Assembly (NCBI GenBank): GCA_016931325.1
Contig: JAFGFC010000090.1
Coordinates: forward strand, 1-59,495
DNA length: 59,495 bases
Direction of reading: 5' to 3'
Source of the DNA: Spirochaetota bacterium
Lineage (GTDB): Bacteria; Spirochaetota; JAHITG01; JAFGFC01
A program made the position numbers and the translations under genes. Shown here piece by piece: positions 46,675-56,532 of the stretch. The notes below the pieces were generated by a model. That model was not told where the DNA came from. It worked only from the letters and a program-made list of their open reading frames with translations, and searched no databases. Within the stretch, counting starts at the first letter, position 1. The number at the start of each line of letters is the position of its first letter.

Positions 46675-47436
46675 ATGCTTTTAGCCATAGATATAGGCAA
46701 TACGAATATCGTTATCGGTGTTTTTCAAGACAAAACGTTGCTTGATAAATGGAGAATTTCCACACAGATTAACAAAACAGAAGATGAATATATGTCCCTG
46801 CTTGATTCCTATCTGAATAAAAAAAAGTATCATTTTCATTCCGGTATCATATCCAGCGTTGTCCCTTCCCTTGATAAAGTGTTTGAAAATCTGTTTAAAA
46901 AGATGTTACGGATCAAACCCATTATTGTTTCCCATAAATTAAATCTCGGTATTCACCCAAGGTATAAAAATCCGGATGAGATCGGTGCTGACAGACTGGT
47001 TAATGCTGCGGCAGCGTGTAAACTATATTCTGCCCCCTTGATCATCATTGATTTTGGCACGGCCATTACTGTTTGTTATGTAGATAAAGATAATATTTAT
47101 CATGGAGGATTGATCCTGCCGGGTATTAATTTAATGCGTCATTTACTTCATAGTCAAACCGCGAAATTACCGGAAGTAGAGATAGTGAAACCGGACTGGA
47201 TAATCGGAGAAAATACTGAAAAAGCCATCCAGGCAGGGCTTTTTTATCAAACGGCAGGCTCAATGAATTATATTATTGATCTGCTCCTGAAAAAGTACGA
47301 TAAAAAGTCTAAAATCATCTTAACAGGGGGTCAGGCCAGTCTTTTTAATGATCATTTAGGTCATAAAACCATTATTGAACATGATTTAACCTTGAAGGGT
47401 CTTCAAATTATTTTTAGTCTAAATACCGGAGGATAA
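46675..47436 (+). CDS. coaX: Type III pantothenate kinase
   Basis: LLAIDIGNT, SSVVP, EIGADR, IDFGTA, GGLILPG, TAKLP, LTGG, LTLKGL. Confidence 0.93.
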   Translation: MLLAIDIGNTNIVIGVFQDKTLLDKWRISTQINKTEDEYMSLLDSYLNKKKYHFHSGIISSVVPSLDKVFENLFKKMLRIKPIIVSHKLNLGIHPRYKNPDEIGADRLVNAAAACKLYSAPLIIIDFGTAITVCYVDKDNIYHGGLILPGINLMRHLLHSQTAKLPEVEIVKPDWIIGENTEKAIQAGLFYQTAGSMNYIIDLLLKKYDKKSKIILTGGQASLFNDHLGHKTIIEHDLTLKGLQIIFSLNTGG

Positions 47437-47438
47437 GA

Positions 47439-48785
47439 ATGAAAATCTATATTGTTTCAGCACAATATATCGGAAGTATAACCGGTGGCGGAGGCATCCA
47501 TGTGGTTGATCTTTCCAGAGAACTGTCCAAACTCGGTCATGGTGTCATTGTTATTTCCATGGGAATAGGTGATAATAAAAAAGAGGAAACGGTTACCTTG
47601 AGTGATCCCTTTAATCCGGACCCCACAAAAAGGGAATCCAAAGTAAAAGTATTCAGATTCTGGACCAAGGATTCCCATCATATATCCGGTCCATTCGAAG
47701 GATCAAAACTGGAAGAGATCAACCGATTAGAAGAATTTGGCAGGCAGGTGCTTCAATTCCTGAAAAAGATCAAGGATAAGTCTGTTATTCATCTGCATGG
47801 ACATTTTATGATACCCAGTATAGCCAAAGAGTTACGAGATAAAGATAATTTTCGTATCATTACTTCAATTCATACATTTGAATCGTTATCAGAGGCGCGC
47901 AAAGGGAAAGACGGGGCCGGAGCGAAATTTATTGAATTCATGCAGGAAAAGGAACGTCAGGCTATTAAATATTCTGATTATCTGGTGGTGAGGAGCCATG
48001 CGGTAAAGGATCAAATAACTTCGCTTTTCCCCGCTGATGTAAAAAACGCTAATATAGAGATCATATCCAGTGGTGTGTCTTCCGTTTTCATCCACCATCC
48101 TTCTCTGGGCGGAGATAAACTCGATCTTTTAAAACAGAAATATCGTATTAAAGGAAAATTTATCTTTAATTTGAACCGGATCGATCCTTCTAAAGGCATC
48201 GAGTATGGTATAGAAGCCCTTCCCAAATTAATAAAAAAATTAAAAAAAACCGAAGGAAAAACCAGCCGGGGTGTCTCTATGGTCATAGCCGGGATGATAG
48301 AGGATAAGAATCAGTGGTACCTTGAAAGACTGGAAAAGATCGTTAAAAAGCTGGGAGTTGATAAAAGCGTATCCTTCTATACCGATATCAGCGAGGAGGA
48401 TAAGATCGGCCTTTTTAATCTGGCTGATGTGTTTTTATTATCATCTATTATTGAACCATTTGGAATAACCATTGTTGAAGCCTTATCGAAAAATGTTCCT
48501 GTTGTGACGGCAGGAGTAGAAGGCCCTATGGATATCATGGGGGTTAGAAAAGTAGAAAAACCTTTTATCTGGGGAAATGGGGGATTGGTTGTCTATTATA
48601 ATAATCCCTTAAAACGTTCAGAATATATCAGCGAATCTCTCTTTGCTGTTTTTAAAAACCCGGAAAAAGTATCAAAACTTATTGAAAAAGGAAAGAAAAA
48701 AGTGCTCAGTATTTACGCCTGGGAATCGCTTGTTCAGAAGAAATTAAGTATTTACAGGAAGGCTCTGGCTATTAAAAGGAAATAG
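47439..48785 (+). CDS. GT4-family glycosyltransferase
   Basis: GGGGIHV, IHLHG, NRIDPSKG, EPFGITIVEAL. Confidence 0.85.
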   Translation: MKIYIVSAQYIGSITGGGGIHVVDLSRELSKLGHGVIVISMGIGDNKKEETVTLSDPFNPDPTKRESKVKVFRFWTKDSHHISGPFEGSKLEEINRLEEFGRQVLQFLKKIKDKSVIHLHGHFMIPSIAKELRDKDNFRIITSIHTFESLSEARKGKDGAGAKFIEFMQEKERQAIKYSDYLVVRSHAVKDQITSLFPADVKNANIEIISSGVSSVFIHHPSLGGDKLDLLKQKYRIKGKFIFNLNRIDPSKGIEYGIEALPKLIKKLKKTEGKTSRGVSMVIAGMIEDKNQWYLERLEKIVKKLGVDKSVSFYTDISEEDKIGLFNLADVFLLSSIIEPFGITIVEALSKNVPVVTAGVEGPMDIMGVRKVEKPFIWGNGGLVVYYNNPLKRSEYISESLFAVFKNPEKVSKLIEKGKKKVLSIYAWESLVQKKLSIYRKALAIKRK

Positions 48786-48810
48786 GGGCTTTTTTGTCTT
48801 TCATGAAATC

Positions 48811-49683
48811 ATGAACCCGCTTATATCAGTTATTATTCCCACTTATAACCGGGCCGGTTTTATTCAAAAAGCGGTTCTGTCTGTTTTACATCAGACCCTG
48901 GAAGATTTCGAGCTGTTGATCATAGATGACGGTTCCTCTGATAACAGCCGTGATATTATTCTTTCGATCAAAGACTCCCGCCTTAAATATTATTATCATG
49001 AACCCAATCATGGAGTTGCCTTCAGCCGCAATGAGGGGATCAAGCGGTCCCAGGCCGGCCTTTTGGCCTTTTTAGATTCTGATGATACATGGGAGGATCA
49101 AAAATTAGAGACACAATACAAAGCCATGGAGAAACATTCTGAATATTTAATCTCCCATACCGAAGAAAAGTGGTATAAATCAGGCAGAATTTTAAACCCC
49201 CGCACCATTCACAGGAAACATCATGGTGATATTTTCGAACAGTCTTTGAAATTATGTGCCATCAGCATGTCAACCGTTATGATCAAAAAAGAACTTTTTA
49301 AGAGAGTCGGTCTTTTTGATGAAAAATTAAAGGTCTGCGAGGATTATGATATGTGGCTCAGAGTCACATCCCGATTTCCCGTCCTTCTTATTCCCCATGT
49401 TCTCACAATCAAACAGGGTGGTCATAAAGATCAGATCTCACAACAATATATCGGTATGGATAAGTGCAGGATCTACTCACTTGCCAAGCTGGTTGAAAGC
49501 GGAATATTATCCGATCATAAATTAAAGTTAACCCTGGATGAACTGGACACAAAATGCGATATTTACGGAAAGGGATGTTTTAAACATGGTCATGAAAAAG
49601 AAGGGATTTTTTTTCTAAATTTTAGTAATCAAAATAAATTCAATTTTGAAAAAATAAATTTATCGTTGAAAGTTAAACATTAG
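48811..49683 (+). CDS. GT2-family glycosyltransferase
   Basis: SVIIPTYNR, IDDGSSD, SRNEGI, AFLDSDD, CEDYDMWLR. Confidence 0.9.
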   Translation: MNPLISVIIPTYNRAGFIQKAVLSVLHQTLEDFELLIIDDGSSDNSRDIILSIKDSRLKYYYHEPNHGVAFSRNEGIKRSQAGLLAFLDSDDTWEDQKLETQYKAMEKHSEYLISHTEEKWYKSGRILNPRTIHRKHHGDIFEQSLKLCAISMSTVMIKKELFKRVGLFDEKLKVCEDYDMWLRVTSRFPVLLIPHVLTIKQGGHKDQISQQYIGMDKCRIYSLAKLVESGILSDHKLKLTLDELDTKCDIYGKGCFKHGHEKEGIFFLNFSNQNKFNFEKINLSLKVKH

Positions 49684-49710
49684 AACATCGTTTTAAATTC
49701 CTTTTCATTT

Positions 49711-51069
49711 ATGGAAAACAATAATAAACTATACAGGTTCATTAAAGATAAACTTTTCATTGTTTCCGGTCTTAACAAACAGAATGAAATAGCACGTTTA
49801 ATCTTCGAAATCCTGAAAAAATACAATTATTCGTTAAACGAAATGCTCGCTTTAAAAGAAATCAAAGACTACCGAAAGGACAGGATCTTTGACTTTAACA
49901 GGATAAAAAAAATACTCATCAATTTAAGGTATCCTGAAACCTCAAAACAGGGTCAAATAAGAAATAATGATATATTTTTACCGCCATTACATAAATCAAA
50001 ATTTAATCGAAAATATTTTTATTCCGGTTCATTCAAGCCCCGGAAGATATACGTTGAGAAAAAAGCCTTATCATCACCCCTCTCCCTCAAGATATTGTCA
50101 CAATTCGGCCACATGAAACCTGTTTTAATTGACAGGTTAAAAGATATCCAAAGGGACCACGGCTCTTTTCTTTCCACTATGGGAAAAGACGAATTATTTC
50201 TTGTCCATCAAAATTATGATATAATCAAGCCCTGCCCCTGTTCTAAAAATGTGTTATCTTGCGGATACTATATATTGAATATTGGATTTGGATGTCCTTA
50301 TGACTGTTCGTACTGTTATCTCCAGCATTACAGCAATTTTCCCGGCATTATCCTTCCTGTTAATATAAATGATATCCTTGAAAAACTGGGATACTATCTG
50401 AAAAAATCTATAATACCTATGAGGCGTATAGGAACGGGGGAATTTACCGATTCTCTTGCCTTAGATCCTGTAACGGGATACACTATACCACTTTTGAACT
50501 TTTTTGAATCCTCTGACTATATCTTGGAACTAAAGACGAAAAGCACCCATATCCATGAACTGTTAAATCACAGGCCCTTGAAGAATGTTGTTGTCGCCTG
50601 GTCTGTTAATCCTCAAAAGGTGATCGATCAGGAAGAATGGTTCACGCCTTCACTCGATGAACGATTGAGGGCTGCTGAATCAATTCAAAGAGCCGGTTAT
50701 CCTGTGGCCTTTCATTTTGATCCCATTCTGTATTACCCCGCCTGGGAAAAAGACTATGATAGTGTAATAGACAAAATCTTCACCTATACACGTGGCCATA
50801 TTTCCTGGATAAGTCTGGGGACCTTGCGTTTTCACAGAAGCCTGAAATCTATTATTGAATTGAGGTTTCCTCAGAATAAAATACTCGACAGCGAACTTTT
50901 GATCGATCCATCTGATAAGAAAATGCGTTATCCTCACTTTGTCAGAAAATCGATTTTGTCCCGAATGATCAGGACATTACGGTCATATAATAAGCATATT
51001 AATATTTATCTTTGCATGGAGCCCGGGAAAGTCTGGACTGAATTGAATATCCGTTTAAATAAATTTTAA
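49711..51069 (+). CDS. Spore-photoproduct-lyase (SplB)-family radical SAM protein
   Basis: PCPCS..CGYYILN.GFGCPYDCSYCYL, GTGEFTDSL, ELKTKS, AWSVN, FHFDPI, SLGTLRF, KMRY, YLCME. Confidence 0.82.
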   Translation: MENNNKLYRFIKDKLFIVSGLNKQNEIARLIFEILKKYNYSLNEMLALKEIKDYRKDRIFDFNRIKKILINLRYPETSKQGQIRNNDIFLPPLHKSKFNRKYFYSGSFKPRKIYVEKKALSSPLSLKILSQFGHMKPVLIDRLKDIQRDHGSFLSTMGKDELFLVHQNYDIIKPCPCSKNVLSCGYYILNIGFGCPYDCSYCYLQHYSNFPGIILPVNINDILEKLGYYLKKSIIPMRRIGTGEFTDSLALDPVTGYTIPLLNFFESSDYILELKTKSTHIHELLNHRPLKNVVVAWSVNPQKVIDQEEWFTPSLDERLRAAESIQRAGYPVAFHFDPILYYPAWEKDYDSVIDKIFTYTRGHISWISLGTLRFHRSLKSIIELRFPQNKILDSELLIDPSDKKMRYPHFVRKSILSRMIRTLRSYNKHINIYLCMEPGKVWTELNIRLNKF

Positions 51070-51079
51070 TTTTATTATC

Positions 51080-51108
51080 TTGACAACATAGTCAATATTA
51101 TTTATTAT
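51080..51108 (+). promoter_or_regulatory. sigma70 promoter with overlapping palindrome
   Basis: TTGACA-17nt-TATTAT, 8 nt before ATG 51117; TTGAC-N6-GTCAA at 51080-51095. Confidence 0.55.
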
Positions 51109-51116
51109 TATTTCAA

Positions 51117-51713
51117 ATGCCCCTTGATAAAAAAATATTTAATATTTCCAATATTCTCACTATTTCACGTGTTCTTATTCTGCCTTTTGTTGTGATCGTA
51201 TTAAAAAAGAATACGTACCAGTATAATTTTATCTTCCTGGGAATATTATTGTTTATGATCCTCACAGACTTTCTGGATGGATATTTTGCCAGGAAATTCG
51301 ATCTTACCAGTTCCCTGGGGAAGATACTTGACCCCGTTTCTGACAAGATCATCATTATTGTCATTACCTTTCTCATCACAAAATACAGAAACTTTCCCTT
51401 ATGGGCTTTTTACATTATGGCAGGTCGTGAACTCGTCATTTTATTGGGCGCTGTGGTGATATTTAGGAAAAGAAAAATACTTGTGACTTCAAATATTATT
51501 GGAAAATTTTCTGTTTTCCTTATCACGCTTTCCATTTTAGGGTATATCTTTCTTGATGCGCGTTATAACCCGTTGCCCTTTATTCTGCTGATCATAGGTA
51601 TAATAATCTATTTAATCTCTTTTGTAAGTTATACGGTAAGATATCTGGTTATGATGTCATACACACCCAGACTGGAAAAGTACAAAATATTCACAGATTC
51701 AAGATTCTTTTAA
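51117..51713 (+). CDS. CDP-alcohol phosphatidyltransferase (PgsA-like)
   Basis: NILTISR; TDFLDGYFARK..TSSLGKILDPVSDK signature; RELVI. Confidence 0.88.
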   Translation: MPLDKKIFNISNILTISRVLILPFVVIVLKKNTYQYNFIFLGILLFMILTDFLDGYFARKFDLTSSLGKILDPVSDKIIIIVITFLITKYRNFPLWAFYIMAGRELVILLGAVVIFRKRKILVTSNIIGKFSVFLITLSILGYIFLDARYNPLPFILLIIGIIIYLISFVSYTVRYLVMMSYTPRLEKYKIFTDSRFF

Positions 51714-51715
51714 GT

Positions 51716-52504
51716 TTACTTGGTTGAAGTTTCGCTACCACCAGTGCCTGACGTTTTCTTCTCTTCCTTGTAAGAGGTAACTTCTTCCCATCTTTCGACA
51801 CCTCTTTCATTTATCATATTGTCACCATCATAGGTATCCGTATAGGTATCTACAATAGCTTCAATAGTGTCGAGATAGAGATAATATACCCCTACGATCT
51901 CATTAGGATCATGCCGAATGATAATTCTGGTGATATCCATTGGCTTATACTGAGGTACATATTTAGTGTAATAAGGAATATACATGGGGATCCTGGCAGG
52001 CATATGTTTCCATCCACGGAAATTCAAAGAACCCAGGTCAATAGGGTATTCTACACCCTGGTAACTTTTAACCCAGATCTCCAGTCTATGCCTGTAGTTT
52101 CTTCCACAGGCCCATATAGAGAGACCTTTTAGTTTTCCAACAACTCTTATAGGTGTGGGAGGAGTGATCTCTGTCCATGTAAATCCTCTGTGGTAGGTCC
52201 AGGCTTTGAGACCCAGACAATACTGCTGTGAGCCATATTTTGATTTATATGCATCAGTAGCGGGAGCACCAACAACTTTTTTAACTCTGGCCATACCCTG
52301 GTCTGAAGGCATCAAAGCCCTCCAGGTATCGGAATTTTCAAAATCCTCAATGAGTTTTAGCTCAAGATTTTGTTGACTTGTATCACGAGGAAAAAACAGT
52401 CCTGAAAATTCTGTCCCTGTTTGTTTCCCCGCGGTTTCCTGTTGTGCAAAGCTGATACCGCACAAAACAAATAAAATAATTAAAATGCTGGTGATCCTTC
52501 TCAT
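51716..52504 (-). CDS. flaA: Flagellar filament outer-layer (sheath) protein FlaA
   Basis: Signal peptide; IEDFE..W, CLGLK, LSIWACGRNYRHRLE, LGSLNFRGWK, IP...PQ, YYLYLD. Confidence 0.82.
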   Translation of the reverse strand: MRRITSILIILFVLCGISFAQQETAGKQTGTEFSGLFFPRDTSQQNLELKLIEDFENSDTWRALMPSDQGMARVKKVVGAPATDAYKSKYGSQQYCLGLKAWTYHRGFTWTEITPPTPIRVVGKLKGLSIWACGRNYRHRLEIWVKSYQGVEYPIDLGSLNFRGWKHMPARIPMYIPYYTKYVPQYKPMDITRIIIRHDPNEIVGVYYLYLDTIEAIVDTYTDTYDGDNMINERGVERWEEVTSYKEEKKTSGTGGSETSTK

Positions 52505-52528
52505 GGCCTTTACTCCTTTGATAAATTT

Positions 52529-53278
52529 TTACCAATTATCTTTGAGATCATAACCATCATATCGCTGAATATAAACATCTGTTATGACCTTCATGTGATC
52601 TATATACAGATAAAATCGATCGGCTTTTTCATCAGGATCAGATCGTAAAACATATTTGATGAATTTTAATGGTTTTTCTGCCGGTAAATATTTCTGTTCC
52701 TGAGGGATATAGCTGGGAAGATCCCTTGACAGATTGCGCCAGCCCGGGAAATTTAATTTTCCCATATCCAGAGGATAGATAAACCCGTTAAAATCTTTGA
52801 TCCAGATCTCTAAATTGTACCGATAATTCCTTCCGGCCACCCAGACATCAATAGATTTACATTTTCCGGGTATAGGGATGAATCTTTCGTTTTCAGGATT
52901 AGGAATAGGAATAGCGAAAAGCGGCTGAATATCAGGATACATCTGGGGAGAATACACAGGGGGTAGAACTTCCATAAAATTATATCCTTTTGTTTTGAAC
53001 GCGGTTTTCGCGCCCAGACACCATTTTTTCTTCTCTGCAGGGACGGCCAGACTCCAGGGGCCTCCTTCAAATTCTTTAATACCGGTTTTTTCTTTATCAC
53101 TATTCTCTGATGTTTCACCAATGATCCATTTGGAGATATCTTCTTTTTTCTCAAAGTCAGCCAGTACAGGAGCCTGAATGCTGACAACTTTCTGAACGAT
53201 TATCTCCTGGGATATTAAAGTAGAAATACTGGTAAGCAAAAGAAGAACCGAAAAAATGATTGTAAAAATCCTTTGCAT
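52529..53278 (-). CDS. flaA: Flagellar filament outer-layer (sheath) protein FlaA paralog
   Basis: Signal peptide; LADFE, CLGAK, IPIPGKCKSIDVWVAGRNY, MGKLNFPGWRNL, SYIPQ, FYLYID..VITD, DNW end. Confidence 0.85.
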   Translation of the reverse strand: MQRIFTIIFSVLLLLTSISTLISQEIIVQKVVSIQAPVLADFEKKEDISKWIIGETSENSDKEKTGIKEFEGGPWSLAVPAEKKKWCLGAKTAFKTKGYNFMEVLPPVYSPQMYPDIQPLFAIPIPNPENERFIPIPGKCKSIDVWVAGRNYRYNLEIWIKDFNGFIYPLDMGKLNFPGWRNLSRDLPSYIPQEQKYLPAEKPLKFIKYVLRSDPDEKADRFYLYIDHMKVITDVYIQRYDGYDLKDNW

Positions 53279-53399
53279 TTTACTTCTCCTTTTAATTTTT
53301 AATCTTATCTATATATCTATAAAAATTCTACCATATTTACAACAAAATGTCAAGTCCTTTACGGGCCTGCTTTGTATATCGGCAAAAAGCATAAGAAAT

Positions 53400-54758
53400 T
53401 TAACCTTTTTTCATTTTTTTTATCTTTAGTTCCCGCTTGTAGGCCTCTTCCCTCATGTTATCAACATAATTGACATCTTCAAAAGAATAGGTGAATTTGG
53501 TATGGATATCATATCGACCTTCAACAATAGCAACGACATCTTCAACCATTACCAGTTCTTCATTAGTGGGAATGACAAAAATTTTAATGGGAGAAGCCTC
53601 CTTGCTTATTAAGAATTCGTGATTTTTACTCACGGCTTTTCTATTTAACTCCTTATCTAATATTATACCCAGATTTTCCATATTATCAAGTGCTTTTTCT
53701 CTTAACCACCAGGCTTTCTCCCCTGCTCCGGCCGTAAAAGCCATGGCATCAATGCGGCCCAGAGCCGCAATATAAGATCCAATATACTTTTTCATACGAT
53801 GCACTTCCATTTCAATGGCCAGTTTACATCTCTCATTTCCCTCAAGGGAAGCCTGAAATATATCCCTGCGGTCCACATATTCTCCGGTGATCCCTTTCAA
53901 TCCGCTCTCTTTATTAAGGATCGTAATAACCCTTTCACTTCGCACCAGCTCCATTTCACTGATATAACTCACAATAGCCGGATCGATATCTCCGGACCGG
54001 GTCCCCATGATCAGACCTTCCAGAGGCGTGAATCCCATACTATGTTCATAAGCTTCACCATTTTTGATCGCGGTAAAGCTGACACCGTTACCGATATGAC
54101 ATGTGATAAGATTAACATCAGAAGGCTTTTTCCCCAACAGGGCGGCTACACGCCTGGAAACATACAAATGCGAAGTCCCATGAAAGCCATATTTCCTGAT
54201 ACCATATTTGGAATACCATTCATACGGCCCCGCATACAAAAAGGTATGTTTGGGCATGGTATGCAAAAAAGCGGTATCCATAATAGCGATATGAGGAATA
54301 CGGGGCAGGATATCCATAGCTGATATGATACCCAATATATTATTTGGATTATGTAAAGGAGCCAGGGTGGATAGATTACGGAATGTTTTTACCACCTTTC
54401 CTTCTGGCCCGTCAACAAGGACAGATTTTGTAAAATGCTCGCCGCCATGAACCACACGGTGCCCGACTGCCGTAATGACCGATAGCGACTGAATGACTCC
54501 TACTTTTTTATCAAGCAGGGTATGAATGATCTCTTTTATGGCCTCATGATGGTCAGGAACAACTTCATGCTTGACATGTTCTCTTCTATGAGGCACCTGA
54601 TGCCTGATTAATGACCCTTTGATCCCGATTCTTTCCACTATGCCTTCAGCCATAACTTCATGATTTTTCCAATTAAACAGGGAATATTTCACTGAAGATG
54701 ATCCGCAATTAATGGTTAGAATAACAACAGACTTTTTAGAACTTTTTTTCTGGGGCAT
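53400..54758 (-). CDS. ackA: Acetate kinase
   Basis: INCGSSSVKY, VGHRVVHGG, LAPLHNP, RKYGFHGTSH, HIGNGVS, SMGFTPLEGL, GTRSGDIDP, IPTNEEL. Confidence 0.96.
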   Translation of the reverse strand: MPQKKSSKKSVVILTINCGSSSVKYSLFNWKNHEVMAEGIVERIGIKGSLIRHQVPHRREHVKHEVVPDHHEAIKEIIHTLLDKKVGVIQSLSVITAVGHRVVHGGEHFTKSVLVDGPEGKVVKTFRNLSTLAPLHNPNNILGIISAMDILPRIPHIAIMDTAFLHTMPKHTFLYAGPYEWYSKYGIRKYGFHGTSHLYVSRRVAALLGKKPSDVNLITCHIGNGVSFTAIKNGEAYEHSMGFTPLEGLIMGTRSGDIDPAIVSYISEMELVRSERVITILNKESGLKGITGEYVDRRDIFQASLEGNERCKLAIEMEVHRMKKYIGSYIAALGRIDAMAFTAGAGEKAWWLREKALDNMENLGIILDKELNRKAVSKNHEFLISKEASPIKIFVIPTNEELVMVEDVVAIVEGRYDIHTKFTYSFEDVNYVDNMREEAYKRELKIKKMKKG

Positions 54759-54782
54759 CTTTCTTTTTCCTTAATGATCAAT

Positions 54783-55508
54783 TTATAAAAGACCGGAATA
54801 AAAAAGCAGAAAAATAAAACAGCTGGTAAAGAAAATAGTTGAAAAAACTATGATTAATATATTCAACGAATTATTTCCTGCTTTTTTCTCTCTTAATGAT
54901 CCCATTGTCGAGATTTTAACCGGCATCCATATTTTTTCTCTTTCCCATTCTTTTTGTTTCTGGCACATATGAGCAAGATATTCAAAACCTTCCCATGGGG
55001 TCGTATCTGAAGAATACTCTTTTTGTTTATCATGGGCTGCCAGCAATTTATAATTTCTTCTATCCCAAAAATCTATTATCTCATGTCCCAGTATACGATA
55101 GATGGATTGAAAATCCATGATTTCATTATAGACCTGCCTGCCCAGATGATCAAAAAAATCCATAATGGCTTTGGAATGCCTTAATGAATTCCTGATAGGG
55201 TCATCATTGGAATAGAGATGGTTATCTGAAATATATTCGAGACATTTCTGGCGGGACTCGAGCATAGAGGTTGAATTCCATATTCTCTCAATATTAAGCA
55301 AGATCTGGATCAGATTCTCTTTTTTAACATTATTAAAATAGATCATGATCGTGATCCCAATAACCAGCATAATGAATACAACAATAGAAAAAATGACCAA
55401 AAATGATGTATGGCTCGGGAAATAAAAAAGATACCCTTTCGCATTCAGATCCACTCCCTGGATAATAAGAAATAGAAAAAGTGATAATAAAAATAATATT
55501 TTTTTCAT
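54783..55508 (-). CDS. Hypothetical membrane protein (possible DUF4760-like central domain)
   Basis: Signal/TM, second TM, RIWNS..R..IMDFFDHLG..V central helices, C-terminal TM; ATGA overlap with ilvE. Confidence 0.55.
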   Translation of the reverse strand: MKKILFLLSLFLFLIIQGVDLNAKGYLFYFPSHTSFLVIFSIVVFIMLVIGITIMIYFNNVKKENLIQILLNIERIWNSTSMLESRQKCLEYISDNHLYSNDDPIRNSLRHSKAIMDFFDHLGRQVYNEIMDFQSIYRILGHEIIDFWDRRNYKLLAAHDKQKEYSSDTTPWEGFEYLAHMCQKQKEWEREKIWMPVKISTMGSLREKKAGNNSLNILIIVFSTIFFTSCFIFLLFYSGLL

Positions 55509-56425
55509 TTGATCCTGGTTAACCAGCCATGCCTGTCTTCCGTTTTTCCTTCAATAATATTGAAAAATTCTTTCTGCAGTTTCTTTGTTACAGGACCTGC
55601 TTTTCCCTTACTCACGACAATGTTATCGATTTTTATAACAGGGGTGATCTCCGCCGCGGTTCCCGTTAAGAAGACCTCATCTGATACATATAATGATTCT
55701 CTGGGCAATACATGTTGTTTAACAATAATACCCAACTCTCTGGCCAGAACAAAGATACAGTGTCTCGTGATCCCGGGTAAAATGGAAGAACTGGTAGGAG
55801 GAGTGAAAATCACTCCATTACGCACAATAAAGACATTTTCACCTGACCCTTCGGAAACAAAACCATAGCTGTCAAGGGCAATTCCTTCATCATACCCATC
55901 CAGAAGTGCATCGATCTTGATAAATTGTGAATTAGCATAATTACCGCATATTTTTGCCATAGAGGGGAACGTATTCGGGGCTGGCCTGTTCCACGAAGAT
56001 ATTTTCACTGAAATACCATTCTCCATGGATCCTTCACCAAGATACTTTCCCCAATCCCATGCTGCGATCATCACATCAATAGGACATTTAAAAGGATTCA
56101 AGCCTAAAAACCCGAACCCTCTATAGATGAGGGGTCGGATATAAGCCTGCTTTAATTTATTGATCTTTACCGTGTCAATAATGGCTTTGGCAAGTTCATC
56201 AACAGAATAGTCCGGTTCCATTCTGAATATTTTTGCCGAATCGAAAAGTCGACCGATATGGTCTCGTAAACGAAAAATAATACTGGCCTTACTAGAATGA
56301 TAACATCGGATCCCTTCAAATACTCCGCTCCCATAATGAATGACATGAGAAAGGACATGTATTTTGGCATCTTTCCAGTTGACAAATTTTCCGTTCATCC
56401 AGATCTTTTCAGCTTTGAATGGCAT
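55505..56425 (-). CDS. ilvE: Branched-chain amino acid aminotransferase
   Basis: HYGSGVFEGIR, IFRL, YIRP, AKICGNY, EGSGEN, ILPGITR, EVFLTGTAAEITP. Confidence 0.95.
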   Translation of the reverse strand: MPFKAEKIWMNGKFVNWKDAKIHVLSHVIHYGSGVFEGIRCYHSSKASIIFRLRDHIGRLFDSAKIFRMEPDYSVDELAKAIIDTVKINKLKQAYIRPLIYRGFGFLGLNPFKCPIDVMIAAWDWGKYLGEGSMENGISVKISSWNRPAPNTFPSMAKICGNYANSQFIKIDALLDGYDEGIALDSYGFVSEGSGENVFIVRNGVIFTPPTSSSILPGITRHCIFVLARELGIIVKQHVLPRESLYVSDEVFLTGTAAEITPVIKIDNIVVSKGKAGPVTKKLQKEFFNIIEGKTEDRHGWLTRIK

Positions 56426-56492
56426 GAACTATCCTCCCCGGATATGTAGTGAATATGTTCAAGAGTATCAATGTTAATTATCGACAATTTCA

Positions 56493-56521
56493 ATAATAAT
56501 AACTTTGTTAAATATTGTCAA
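56493..56521 (-). promoter_or_regulatory. sigma70-type promoter of ilvE
   Basis: Minus strand TTGACA-17nt-TATTAT. Confidence 0.5.
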
Positions 56522-56532
56522 TATATTTTTCG

